Shown in pieces: positions 20,506-29,912 of a stretch of DNA of 64,000 nt. This DNA comes from Dehalococcoidia bacterium (GTDB lineage: Bacteria > Chloroflexota > Dehalococcoidia > Lucifugimonadales > CBDCYU01): contig CBDCYU010000003.1 in assembly GCA_965224345.1 (NCBI GenBank), positions 683,013 to 747,012 on the forward strand, given 5' to 3'. The notes beneath the pieces were generated by a model that did not search any database, was not told the DNA's origin, and saw nothing but the letters and a program-made list of their open reading frames with translations. Position numbers and translations under genes: made by a program. Within the stretch, counting starts at the first letter, position 1, and each line of letters begins with the position of its first letter.

Positions 20506-20844
20506 CTATTCGATCCAGTGGTCGACGGCGCCGGGACTGGGGTCGCGCTCGCCCGACCGGTGCAGATCCCTGATCCTCTCCACGAAGTCGATTGGGAAGC
20601 GATCGTTTAGACGGTTGGCGTTGCGCTCCGCCGCCGCCTCGGCGGCGCCCTCCTCCTCCCGGTAAGGCCCCCACTCCCAGCCCATCAGGTACTCGTCGCT
20701 GCCGCTGCTGCCGTCGAAGGTGGCTATGGCGTCGACCCCCTCCTGGAATCGGTGGTCCAGCTGCTTCGACACCTGGCCCGAGGCGTCGTCCGCCTGTACC
20801 TGTACAGGCACCTCTTTCCAGTACATCGTTCGCACTCTGGCCAA
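20506..20844 (-). CDS. Small 'virulence factor' (PF13769-like) domain protein
   Basis: YWKEVPVQVQA...L..RFQEGVD.IA......SDEYL..W pattern. Confidence 0.72.
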   Translation of the reverse strand: MARVRTMYWKEVPVQVQADDASGQVSKQLDHRFQEGVDAIATFDGSSGSDEYLMGWEWGPYREEEGAAEAAAERNANRLNDRFPIDFVERIRDLHRSGERDPSPGAVDHWIE

Positions 20845-20996
20845 TGTCTCGCCCCTCGTTGCGAGAAGCTCTTGCCGCCGGATGCTGCGGGAGTCCTACG
20901 GCGGAGACAGGTGGCTGTCCCCCGCTTTCCGGTACAACGATACAGGATAACATCATAGCAGAAAGAGGATTGTCCGATGGTAGAATGGGCCCTAGG

Positions 20997-22127
20997 ATGC
21001 GGTCCCAGTACGACTTCACAGCCCACCTGACGCGCTTCTGCCGCGCCCTGCGTAGCCACGGCCTGCTTGTAGGCCCGTTGGAGACGGCGGACGCCGTTCG
21101 TACCGCGGGGCTCGTCGACGTCATGGACAGAGGTCGCGTCTACTGGAGCCTCAGGAGCGTACTGCTCTCCCGGCGAGAAGACATCGGTGTCTTCGACGAG
21201 CTCTTCCAACGCTTCTGGAGCTTCGAGCCGTTCCCGGAGAGACCTCCGGCGCGAAGGGGGCCGACGGCGGAGGGCGGCGCGAGAGAGCTCCGGCCCAGAC
21301 CCCGGTCTCTCATGGTTCCCGAGCAGGATGCCGCCTCCCAGGACATCCTGGTACAGCTGCTGCGCACCGGGGCCAGCGCAAGAGAGGTGCGCTCTCCCAG
21401 GGACCTTTCGGTCTTGGGGGCCGAGGAGCTATCGGAGCTATCGCGCATCGCCTCCAGGATAGTCCGCGCGCTGGCCTCGCGCCCGGGACGCCGGCGCCGG
21501 CGAAACCGGCGCAAGGGTACCCCCGATCTCAGGGGGGCCCTCCGGTTCAGCATAGCGACCGGGGGCGACCCGGTGCGGCTGCCCAAGCTGCGCCGCAGGC
21601 CCCGAGTTCCCAGGCTGTTGGTACTCCTGGACGTGAGCGGCTCCATGGAACGCCACGTTCAGCTTATGCTGCAGCTCATCTACGCCGTCTGCCAGCACAC
21701 GAAGCGTGTGGAGGCCTTCGCCTTCAGCACGTCGGCAACCCGCGTGACGAGAGAGCTGCGAGCCCCGTCCTTCAGCGAGGCGCTGGACAGGATCAGCCGC
21801 GTCGTGGACCACTGGTCCGGGGGAACGCGGATCGGGGAGTCATTGGACAGGATCAGCGCTGGATATCCATGGTTGCAGGACAGGCAGACGACCGTCTTCC
21901 TGCTGAGCGACGGCTGGGAGACGGGAAGCCCGGAAGGCTTGGGCCGCCGCATGAGGGAGATGCGGCGCAGGGTGCGCAGGGTCGTGTGGCTCAATCCGCT
22001 TCTCGGTACGGAGGGCTACGAGCCGCTGGCCCGGGGCCTGCAGTCGGTGTCTCCCTACGTGGACCATTTCGTCCCGGCGGCCGACCTCTCTCACCTACGG
22101 AGATTGCCGCAGCTTCTGCGTACCTAG
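20997..22127 (+). CDS. CoxE-like VWA domain protein
   Basis: LLDVSGSM, WSGGTRIG, LLSDGWETG, VVWLNPL. Confidence 0.9.
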   Translation: MRSQYDFTAHLTRFCRALRSHGLLVGPLETADAVRTAGLVDVMDRGRVYWSLRSVLLSRREDIGVFDELFQRFWSFEPFPERPPARRGPTAEGGARELRPRPRSLMVPEQDAASQDILVQLLRTGASAREVRSPRDLSVLGAEELSELSRIASRIVRALASRPGRRRRRNRRKGTPDLRGALRFSIATGGDPVRLPKLRRRPRVPRLLVLLDVSGSMERHVQLMLQLIYAVCQHTKRVEAFAFSTSATRVTRELRAPSFSEALDRISRVVDHWSGGTRIGESLDRISAGYPWLQDRQTTVFLLSDGWETGSPEGLGRRMREMRRRVRRVVWLNPLLGTEGYEPLARGLQSVSPYVDHFVPAADLSHLRRLPQLLRT

Positions 22128-22131
22128 CCGC

Positions 22132-22860
22132 TCAGGCCTGCCGAGCCACCGACAGGCCCCAGACCGAACGGGCGCCAGCGGCCTTCAGTGCGGTTGCGCA
22201 GGCGGACATCGTGCTGCCGCTGGTGACGACGTCGTCAATGAGCATCACCCTACGCCCGGCGAGGCCCGACCCACAATCGAACGCTTCGTGGACGGCCCGC
22301 CTTCGGTCGTCGTGGCCGCTCATGGAGACCTGCGGCGGCGTGTCCCTCGTCCGCCGGACCGCCTGCGTGTCTATGGGCAGCCCTGTGCGCTTGCCCACCT
22401 CGCGCGCAAGAAGCTCCGCCTGGTTGTATCCGCGCTCCCGCTCTCGCCGGGGATGCAGCGGCACCGGCACCAGCACGTCGGCGCGGACCGGGTTGGCCTC
22501 CAGGTAGTCGGCCAGCAGGCGGCCCAGCTCAGGAGCGGCGGCCCTCAGGTTCCGGTACTTGAAGTGATGGATCATGCCCCTCACGGCCTCTTCCATCAGG
22601 TAGGGCGCCCTGACGCCGTCGAAGGCTGGCGGCTGGGCCCTGCACCAGTCGCACACCCCCTCCTCGTCTGGGTCCGCGCACCGCTGGCAGTAGGGCTCCT
22701 GGAGCCTGGGCAGCTTGGGCTCGCAGCCGGGACAGAGGTAACGGCCCTCGCTGCCGCACACGGAGCAGCTCAGAGGGAACAGCAGGTCCAGAGCCGAGCG
22801 GGCAAGCTTCGAGAGGGCGGCGGCGACGGCGGGTCTAGCAGGCTGCGTTGGGCCCGTCAC
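22132..22860 (-). CDS. comF: ComF family competence protein (Zn ribbons + PRTase)
   Basis: CxxC pairs, VPVPLH, RGYNQAELLA, LIDDVVTSGST. Confidence 0.92.
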   Translation of the reverse strand: MTGPTQPARPAVAAALSKLARSALDLLFPLSCSVCGSEGRYLCPGCEPKLPRLQEPYCQRCADPDEEGVCDWCRAQPPAFDGVRAPYLMEEAVRGMIHHFKYRNLRAAAPELGRLLADYLEANPVRADVLVPVPLHPRRERERGYNQAELLAREVGKRTGLPIDTQAVRRTRDTPPQVSMSGHDDRRRAVHEAFDCGSGLAGRRVMLIDDVVTSGSTMSACATALKAAGARSVWGLSVARQA

Positions 22861-22872
22861 TTGGCGGCAAGC

Positions 22873-23739
22873 CTAGACGCGAACGAACTTGGATACCCGT
22901 TCGCCCTGGCCGATCTCGGTCACGTATATGCTGCCCTGGGAGTCGACGCAGAGGCCGTGCCCGCCGAGCAGAGTGCCCTTGCCGGCGCCCTCGTTGCCCC
23001 TCCATCGGGTGATGAGGTCGCCCTCCAGAGTCCAGAGGCTCACGCCGTTGCCCTGGCCCTGCTCGATCACGTAGACGACGTCGTCGTGAACCCAGATGTC
23101 GCCGGGCTTCTGCATATCGGTCCATTCGTCGATAAAGCCGCCTTGGTCGTCGAAGTTCTGGACCCTGTCGTTCTCCCGGTCGCAGACCATCACGCGGCTG
23201 TTCCTGTCGACCCAGATGTTGTGTACCAGGGCGAACTCGCCCGGGCCGGTCCCCTGCTTGCCCCAGGACAGCAGCAGCTCGCCCCCGGCGCTGAACTTGT
23301 GTACCCGGTGGCCGCCGTAGCCGTCGGAGACGAAGAGCTCTCCGTTGGGCGCGATGGCCAAGCCCGACGGCATGTTGAAGGGCATGCCCGTGAAGGAAGG
23401 CGACGGCTGAAGCTTATTCCCGAGAGTCCTGAGCGTCTCTCCACCCGGCGTGTACTCGGTGGCGACGTGGTAGTCCCTGTCCACCAGCCACACGTTGTCG
23501 TTGGGCGCGATGTAGATCCCGTGGGGGTTAGCTGACATGGTCCCCTCTCCCCAGGAGGAGATGAAGTTGCCGTCTGTGTCCCAGATGGTGAGGGGGTGGG
23601 CGCCCCTGCTGTAGATATGCACCTCGTCCTGGGAGTTGACCGCCCCGTCGGATGCGGCGCCGAAGGACCAGTATTTGGGCATGTTGGGCCACGAGAGAAC
23701 CCGCTCGTACCTATAGTCGCCCGATCCAACTACAGCCAT
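22873..23739 (-). CDS. NHL-repeat beta-propeller protein (peptidyl-alpha-hydroxyglycine lyase-like)
   Basis: AGGAGG RBS before ATG 23739. PHGI, VSDGYGGHRVHKF, GTGPGEFALVHNI, DRENDRVQ. Confidence 0.88.
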   Translation of the reverse strand: MAVVGSGDYRYERVLSWPNMPKYWSFGAASDGAVNSQDEVHIYSRGAHPLTIWDTDGNFISSWGEGTMSANPHGIYIAPNDNVWLVDRDYHVATEYTPGGETLRTLGNKLQPSPSFTGMPFNMPSGLAIAPNGELFVSDGYGGHRVHKFSAGGELLLSWGKQGTGPGEFALVHNIWVDRNSRVMVCDRENDRVQNFDDQGGFIDEWTDMQKPGDIWVHDDVVYVIEQGQGNGVSLWTLEGDLITRWRGNEGAGKGTLLGGHGLCVDSQGSIYVTEIGQGERVSKFVRV

Positions 23740-23778
23740 GTCACATCGCCTCCTGTTCTGGGTAACTACTCGGCGCTG

Positions 23779-23807
23779 ATTGTACGTTCGGACCCACCTC
23801 TCGTCAA
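23779..23807 (-). promoter_or_regulatory. sigma70-type promoter of the NHL gene
   Basis: TTGACG, 17-bp spacer, TACAAT. Confidence 0.55.
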
Positions 23808-23819
23808 GAAAGTCCCCTC

Positions 23820-23912
23820 TCGGTACCGAGTAGAGCGAGATGAGCAACGATGCATTGAGCAGTCGTTCCGGAGGCATCGACGCCTGGCCCACCTTCGAGT
23901 ACATACGGTCTA
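23820..23912 (-). pseudogene. IS5/IS1182-type transposase N-terminal (DUF772) fragment
   Basis: LDRMYSKVGQASMPPERLLNASLLISLYSV resembles the Y...GRPSIPPERLL.A.LL..LYS motif. Confidence 0.6.
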
Positions 23913-24216
23913 ATATAAGTAGCGCCAGCCACTCCCTGGACACAGGGTAGGCGCGCACGAAGTCCGAGGACGTCGGAAAGCCGAGGAACCCGGCAGCCTC
24001 AAATGGCATCGGCGAGGCTGTCAGGTAGTATCTCTGGCTCGAAGGCAGGTCAGCGGTGACGTGGCTGACTCGCCCGACGACGCCGTTAGTCAGCAGGCTG
24101 GTCAGTGTGGGGTGGATGGTCGCGGGCGGATCCCCTAGAAAGCCTGCCAGCTCCGCCGTGTCGACGAACGGCATCCGGCTGAAGCAGTGCAGTAGTTGTT
24201 GGTCGGAGAGGGCCAT
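23913..24216 (-). pseudogene. Truncated winged-helix, replication-relaxation-like protein N-terminus
   Basis: MALSDQQLLHCFSRMPFVDTAELAG...L..GVV...RYYLT...YPVSREWL, ending at the transposase fragment. Confidence 0.45.
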
Positions 24217-24311
24217 GTGTTGAGGGTAGCAGAAGTGGAAGTGGGGGTTGCAGATGCACCTCCTATTGCCCCTCATCGAGGGCCCATGTAAGATGCCACT
24301 AGTTTAGCTAG

Positions 24312-25509
24312 GGATACTCTGAACAAGTTCTGGTGTGTTGTGGCATAGTACTATGCCATACACAAAGCAGAGATGTTTGGGGTGAAGACACGATGGACCA
24401 GCCAACATTTGCCGACTTGGAGTACGAGAGCAAGAAGCGCAAGACCCGGCGGGAGATATTCCTGGAGCGCATGGACGGTCTGATCCCTTGGGAACAGCTC
24501 GTAGAACGCATCCGCCCGTTCTATCCCAGGGCAGGCCGGGGCCGGCGACCCTATGAGTTGTCTGTGATGCTGCGGATTCACTGCGTGCAGATGTTCTACA
24601 ACCTTAGTGATCCTGGTATGGAGGACATGCTCTACGAGGTCGAGTCGGTGAGACGGTTCGTAGGGTTGAGGCTGTCGGGCCCGCTCCCGGACGAGACGAC
24701 GGTCCTGAACTTCCGCCATCTGCTGGAAGAGCACGAGTTGGGACAGGGTCTGTTCGAGGAGATCAACCGTCATCTGGAGTCCCAGGGGCTGCGGCTTCGG
24801 GAGGGAACGATCGTGGACGCGAGCATCATTGAGGCGCCATCGTCAACGAAGAATCGTGCAGGTAAGCGAGACCCTGAGATGCGTCAGACGAAGAAGGGGA
24901 ATGAGTGGCACTTCGGGATGAAGGTACACGTCGGTGCGGACGCTGAGACGGGAGTAGTACATAGCGTAAGAACGACACCTGCGAACGTTCATGACGTGAC
25001 GGAGGCTCACCGGCTGCTGCACGGTGGAGAGAAACGGGTGTGGGGCGATGCGGGGTATCAGGGAGTCGACAAGCGATTGGAGAATCGCGAGTTGGATGTG
25101 GACTGGCAGGTAGCGATGAGACCCGGGAGACGTCGGCAGCTGGAGCCGGGAAGCTATGAGGCGCTTATGGAGAAGCGCAAGGCGTCGACCAGGGCGAAGG
25201 TGGAGCATCCGTTCCTGTACGTGAAGCGGCACTTCGGATACGCCAAGGTGCGTTACCGAGGGTTGGCAAAGAACACGCAACGACTGATGTTGCTACTGGG
25301 GATGACGAACTTGATAAGGGCGGAGCGGTACTTGGCAGCCTGACGAGGGCGAAGTGCGCCCAAGCTGGACAAACGAACGTAGATACGCCTTAGCAGAGCC
25401 GTTTCAGGACCACAAGACCTCATCGACACACCGTAGGAGGAAGAAACACCTCGGACAGGCCACTTACTGTCCATCACATACGAGATACCCTCAGTTGTTC
25501 AGACCTTCC
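24312..25509 (+). mobile_element. Complete IS5-family insertion sequence (1198 bp)
   Basis: TIRs GGATACTCTGAACAA (24312-24326) and TTGTTCAGACCTTCC (25495-25509), 12/15 match. CTAG duplicated at 24308-24311 and 25510-25513. Confidence 0.93.
24393..25343 (+). CDS. IS5 family DDE transposase
   Basis: KKRKTRREIFL, PDETT, IVDASII, WHFGMKVHVG, GDAGYQG, RAKVEHPF, VRYRGLAKN. Confidence 0.96.
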   Translation: MDQPTFADLEYESKKRKTRREIFLERMDGLIPWEQLVERIRPFYPRAGRGRRPYELSVMLRIHCVQMFYNLSDPGMEDMLYEVESVRRFVGLRLSGPLPDETTVLNFRHLLEEHELGQGLFEEINRHLESQGLRLREGTIVDASIIEAPSSTKNRAGKRDPEMRQTKKGNEWHFGMKVHVGADAETGVVHSVRTTPANVHDVTEAHRLLHGGEKRVWGDAGYQGVDKRLENRELDVDWQVAMRPGRRRQLEPGSYEALMEKRKASTRAKVEHPFLYVKRHFGYAKVRYRGLAKNTQRLMLLLGMTNLIRAERYLAA

Positions 25510-26505
25510 CTAGATCTGCTCCACGTCAACCACCTTGCCGCGCTCCGCGGCGGTCATCAGCGCGGCGACGGCTGCGGTGTTGCGGATGCCGTCTTCAGCG
25601 GGAAACTCGGGCGCTTTGCCCGTCAAGATGCACTGGGAGAACTCGTCCAGCTGGACTGTGAAGCGGTTCGGGGCCGGTGCGGCCTCCATGCGCCGCTCGC
25701 CCCCGGCCTCGATGACGACGGGGCCGCTGTCGTCGAACATGTCTGGCACCTCAATGCGTCCCCTTGCGCCTATGACGATCAGGTTGCACCGCCTGGGTTG
25801 CTCGAAGCTGCTCTCGACGTGGGCGATGGCCCCTTCCGGAAACTCCATCAGGCCCGTGAGGGTGGTATCCACACCGAAGCCCCCGGGGTCCTGAGAGAAG
25901 GCGGCGGCGCGCAGAGGCTCCTCCCCCATTACGAAGCGGCAGGCGTAGACCGCATAGCAGCCGGCGTCCATCATACTGCCGCCCGCAAGCTCCCGGGAGT
26001 ACCGCACGTTGCCCCGCGTCTCCCTGACGGTGAAGGTAAAGGCGGAGCTGAGGCTGACCACGGGCCCGATGGCCTCTTCTTGGACCAGCCTGCGGGCCGT
26101 CCTCAGGTGGGGACTCCACCGGTGGGTGAACGCCTCCACCAGCAGGACGTTGCTGCTCTCGGCGGCACGGGCCATACGCCTGGCCTCGTCCACGTCGACG
26201 GCCAGGGGCTTCTCGCAGAGGACGTGCTTTCCCGCCTCCGCCGACCTGATGGTCCACTCGCAGTGCATGGAGTTGGGTAGGGGGTTGATGATGGCGTCCA
26301 CCCCGTCGTCGGCGATCAGCTCCTCGTAGGAGCCGTACCATCTTGGGATGCCGTGTCGCGCAGCCGCATCCTCCGCCCGGCCTCCGTCCCGGCTGCATAT
26401 GGCGACTATCTCCGAGCTGGGGGAGTGGCGGGCGGCAGGGATGTGCTTCTCCAAGCCGATTTTGGCCGTGCTTATGATCCCGTAGCGTACAACGTCTTCT
26501 GGCAT
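25510..26505 (-). CDS. Gfo/Idh/MocA family oxidoreductase
   Basis: YGIISTAKIG, PLPNSMH, GKHVLCEKP, GGSMMDAGCY. Confidence 0.92.
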   Translation of the reverse strand: MPEDVVRYGIISTAKIGLEKHIPAARHSPSSEIVAICSRDGGRAEDAAARHGIPRWYGSYEELIADDGVDAIINPLPNSMHCEWTIRSAEAGKHVLCEKPLAVDVDEARRMARAAESSNVLLVEAFTHRWSPHLRTARRLVQEEAIGPVVSLSSAFTFTVRETRGNVRYSRELAGGSMMDAGCYAVYACRFVMGEEPLRAAAFSQDPGGFGVDTTLTGLMEFPEGAIAHVESSFEQPRRCNLIVIGARGRIEVPDMFDDSGPVVIEAGGERRMEAAPAPNRFTVQLDEFSQCILTGKAPEFPAEDGIRNTAAVAALMTAAERGKVVDVEQI

Positions 26506-26517
26506 GATAACCTCCGC

Positions 26518-26943
26518 TCAGTAGATAGGACTCCCGCGTTGGGAGTCGAGGTAAGATTGCAGGATGATAGTGGCGGCTGCCGCGTCGACGCGGGCGCGGT
26601 CCCTGGAGGGCTTGACTCCAGACTCCCGGAGCTGCCGCTGGGCTTGGACCGTGGAGTAGCGCTCGTCGACCGTGTCGACCGGGACCTGCGTGCGTTCGGC
26701 CATCGCCCGTACGAAGGCGGAGACGCGTCCGGCCTGCGTACCTCTCCGGCCGGAGAGCTCCAGGGGGAGGCCGACGACGACTCTCTCGGCGTCGTGCTCG
26801 TCCACAAGCCGGAGCACCTCGTCGACGTCCGCGGTGTGAAGCCTGCGGTGGATGGTAGTCAAGGGGGTAGCCAGCAGGCCGCCGGGATCGCTGAGGGCCA
26901 CGCCGATTCGGCGCTCTCCGATGTCCAGCGCCAGGATCCTCAT
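26518..26943 (-). CDS. ruvX: YqgF/RuvX nuclease
   Basis: MRILALDIGERRIGVALSD, VVGLP, DERYST, DAAAATIILQSYLD. Follows alaS. Confidence 0.95.
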   Translation of the reverse strand: MRILALDIGERRIGVALSDPGGLLATPLTTIHRRLHTADVDEVLRLVDEHDAERVVVGLPLELSGRRGTQAGRVSAFVRAMAERTQVPVDTVDERYSTVQAQRQLRESGVKPSRDRARVDAAAATIILQSYLDSQRGSPIY

Positions 26944-27040
26944 CGACTCATCCTCAGGCCGGCAGTCCCCTCTACCATCGAGGGAGAGGAATGCGGTTGC
27001 GCGGGGATTGGGGACGGCCCAACTTGGGAGTGGCGACTCC

Positions 27041-29701
27041 TCAAGGGGCCGCGTTCCCGGCCTCGCGGACCAAGGCTGGGACGAGGCCAAGGGCCTCTTC
27101 CAGCTTGTCGGCCAGTCGCCCTCCGGCCTGGGCCACGTCCGGCCGACCTCCTCCTCCGCCCTGAATGGCCTTGGCCGCGCCCTTTGCGATGACGCTGGCG
27201 TCGAACCCTCTGGCCACCAGGTCCTGGGTGACCATTACGACCAGCATCGGCCTTCCGTTCAGGACCGAGCCCAACACGACGACTCCGCTGCCCAGCTTGT
27301 CCCTGAGCCAGTCTCCTACCTCGCGCAGAGAGTCTGCGTCGGAAGCAGAGGCCTGGACGGCCAGTACCGTGACTCCGGCTACTTGCTGCTTAGAGGACAG
27401 CAGCGTCTCGGCCTCCTGGAGATGGATCCTCCTCTCCAGAGACTCCCTCTCTCGTCTGAGCTGGCCGATCTCGTCCAACAACCCCTGTACCTTGGCCTCC
27501 ACATTCGGCAGGCCCGTCTGAAGCCGTCGGGCGAGCCTGTCCTGCTGGCCGAACCGGTCCCACACCAGCTTCTCCGCGGCCCTGCCGCTGACAGCCTCGA
27601 GGCGCCGCATTCCGGCGCCTATGCTGGACTCGCCAAGGATGTAGACGGCGCCCACCTCGCCGGTGAGCCGGACGTGGGTGCCGCCGCAGACCTCGAAGCT
27701 GAAGGAGTCGCCGTTGGCGATCTCGATCAGCCTCACCCTGTCGCCGTACTTGTCTCCGAAGAAGGCCAGGGCCCCCCTGTCGATGGCCGATGAGTAGGAG
27801 TCTTCGTCTCTCAGCACCCTGGCGTTCTGGCGTATCTTCTCGTTGACCAGCAGCTGGACCTGCCACAGCTCGTCATCGGTCATGGGCTGGACGTGGCTGA
27901 AGTCGAAGCGCAGCCGGTCGGGGGCCACCAGGGAGCCCGCCTGCCTGACGTGGGCGCCGAGGACCGCTCGGAGCGCCGCGTGCAGCATGTGGGTAGCCGA
28001 GTGGTTGCGCGCCGTGTCCTCTCGGCGTATGGGGTCGACGTAGGCATCCACCGCGTCGCCCACTGCGATGGCGCCCTCGACGACGGCGCCGAAGTGGAAG
28101 ATTATGTCGGGTATGGCCATCTGGGTATCGTGAACGGAGATCTTTCCGTTGGGACCCACCAGGTCTCCCGTGTCGCCCACCTGGCCTCCGCCCTCGGCGT
28201 AGAAGGGCGTCTCCACCAGGACGACCTCGGCCTCCTGCCCCTCCGAGACCTCGCTTACGGCGGCGCCATCCGATACAAGGCCCACGACCACCGAGGAGGC
28301 TGTGAGGGCGTCGTAGCCGAGGAACCGGGTCGCGCCAACCCCGAGGCCCTCGTAGAGGCGAATCTTGGCCATGTCTTCGCCGAACTGGGCGCCGGCCCTG
28401 GCCCGCTCTCGCTGCGCCTCCATCTCGCGGTCGAAGGCGTCCATGTCCACGGTGACTCCGCGCTCCGAGGCTATCTCCTGGGTCATCTCGACCGGGAAGC
28501 CGTGGGTGTCCCAGAGCTGGAAGACGACTTCGCCGGGCAGCTCTGAAATGCCCTGTAGGGACTCCATGAGCACCTGGTAGCCGTTCTGAAAGGTCTGCCG
28601 GAACCGCTCCTCTTCCAGCCTCATCGTGGTCAGGACGAAGTCCCGGTGATTGCGAAGCTCGGGGTAGACGTGTCCCATCTTGTCGATGGTTGCGGAGGCG
28701 ATCTCGTCGAGGAAGGGGTCGTCGAGGCCGATGCGTCTGCCGTGGCGGATGGCCCGCCGGAGGACTCGGCGCAGCACGTATCCGCGTCCTTCGTTGGCCG
28801 GGACCACGCCGTCGGCTATCAGGAAGCTGGCGCTCCTGCCGTGCTCGGCGACCACACGCATCGCGTAGTCGGCCTCCGCATCCGCGCCGTACCTCTTGCC
28901 GCTGAGCTCCTCTGCCTTGCGGATCATGGGCTGGAACAGGTCCGTCTCGTATGGCGTGTCGGCATCCTGCATCACGGTTACGAGACGCTCGAAGCCCATG
29001 CCGGTATCGATGACCGGCGCCGGCAGCGGGTCGCGGGAGCCGTCCGGGTGGTGGTAGAACTGCATGAACACCAAGTTCCACAGCTCGACGTAGCGGTCGC
29101 AGGCGCCTCCGCCCGCTTCCGTCCTGTTGCCGCAGTTAGGGCCGCAGTCTGTTCTACCGCAGCCCCGGTGGGAGCCTCGATCGTAGTGGAGCTCGCTGCA
29201 GGGACCGCACGGCCCCTCGTTCCCGTGGATCGGGGGACCCCACCAGTTGTCCTCGTCGCCGAACCTATGGATCCGGCTCGTGGGGACGCCTGCCTGCCGC
29301 CACAGCTCGAAGGCCTCGTCGTCGGTGTGGTGCACGGTGGCGTCGAACCGTTCCGCCGGGAGACCGAGGCCGCCGGTCACGAGCTCCAGGGCGAAGGCGA
29401 TGGCCTCCTTCTTGAAGTAGTCGCCAATGCTGAAGTTGCCGAGCATCTCGAAGAGGGTCATGTGGGTTGCGTCGCCGACCTCCTCGATGTCGGGGGTCCG
29501 GAAGGACTTCTGGGAGGAGGTGAGCCTTTTACTGGGGGGCGTGGCCTGGCCCGCGAAGTAGGGCTTGAACTGGACCATGCCGGCGATGGTCAGAAGCATG
29601 GTCGGATCGCCCACCGGTATCAGCGATGAGCTGGCCACTCGAAGGTGGTCCTTGCTCTCGAAGTAGCTGAGGAATGCTTCTCGTATCTCGTCGCTAGTCA
29701 T
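27041..29701 (-). CDS. alaS: Alanine--tRNA ligase
   Basis: AGMVQFKPYF, EMLGNFS, GPCGPCSE, WNLVFMQ, HSATH, CGGTH, GGGG.PDVAQAGG. Confidence 0.98.
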   Translation of the reverse strand: MTSDEIREAFLSYFESKDHLRVASSSLIPVGDPTMLLTIAGMVQFKPYFAGQATPPSKRLTSSQKSFRTPDIEEVGDATHMTLFEMLGNFSIGDYFKKEAIAFALELVTGGLGLPAERFDATVHHTDDEAFELWRQAGVPTSRIHRFGDEDNWWGPPIHGNEGPCGPCSELHYDRGSHRGCGRTDCGPNCGNRTEAGGGACDRYVELWNLVFMQFYHHPDGSRDPLPAPVIDTGMGFERLVTVMQDADTPYETDLFQPMIRKAEELSGKRYGADAEADYAMRVVAEHGRSASFLIADGVVPANEGRGYVLRRVLRRAIRHGRRIGLDDPFLDEIASATIDKMGHVYPELRNHRDFVLTTMRLEEERFRQTFQNGYQVLMESLQGISELPGEVVFQLWDTHGFPVEMTQEIASERGVTVDMDAFDREMEAQRERARAGAQFGEDMAKIRLYEGLGVGATRFLGYDALTASSVVVGLVSDGAAVSEVSEGQEAEVVLVETPFYAEGGGQVGDTGDLVGPNGKISVHDTQMAIPDIIFHFGAVVEGAIAVGDAVDAYVDPIRREDTARNHSATHMLHAALRAVLGAHVRQAGSLVAPDRLRFDFSHVQPMTDDELWQVQLLVNEKIRQNARVLRDEDSYSSAIDRGALAFFGDKYGDRVRLIEIANGDSFSFEVCGGTHVRLTGEVGAVYILGESSIGAGMRRLEAVSGRAAEKLVWDRFGQQDRLARRLQTGLPNVEAKVQGLLDEIGQLRRERESLERRIHLQEAETLLSSKQQVAGVTVLAVQASASDADSLREVGDWLRDKLGSGVVVLGSVLNGRPMLVVMVTQDLVARGFDASVIAKGAAKAIQGGGGGRPDVAQAGGRLADKLEEALGLVPALVREAGNAAP

Positions 29702-29912
29702 GGGTATGATGTCCAAATCAGCCGAGTATGGGTTGTGGCAGACGACTGTGATTGTATGGGAGGGTCAGCCGAGGCGTCAATTGCGGGAGCATGTCTGAAC
29801 GGCTGTGCATGTCGGCGTTTGGGGCGAGCGGGGTTGCCGACTTGACGCCTGATTCGGCAACCGGTAGCGTGTAGCCCATCGATCACGACCGTGGCGCGTA
29901 GGAGGATGTACG

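Noticed and set aside
20997..22127. CO dehydrogenase cluster
   Set aside because: Only a CoxE-like VWA gene is present, with no coxLMS or coxD in the window.
29702..29912. T-box leader upstream of alaS (and ileS)
   Set aside because: No T-box consensus or terminator. A promoter-like TTGACG...TACAAT lies close to the alaS start, and ileS has only about 45 bp upstream.
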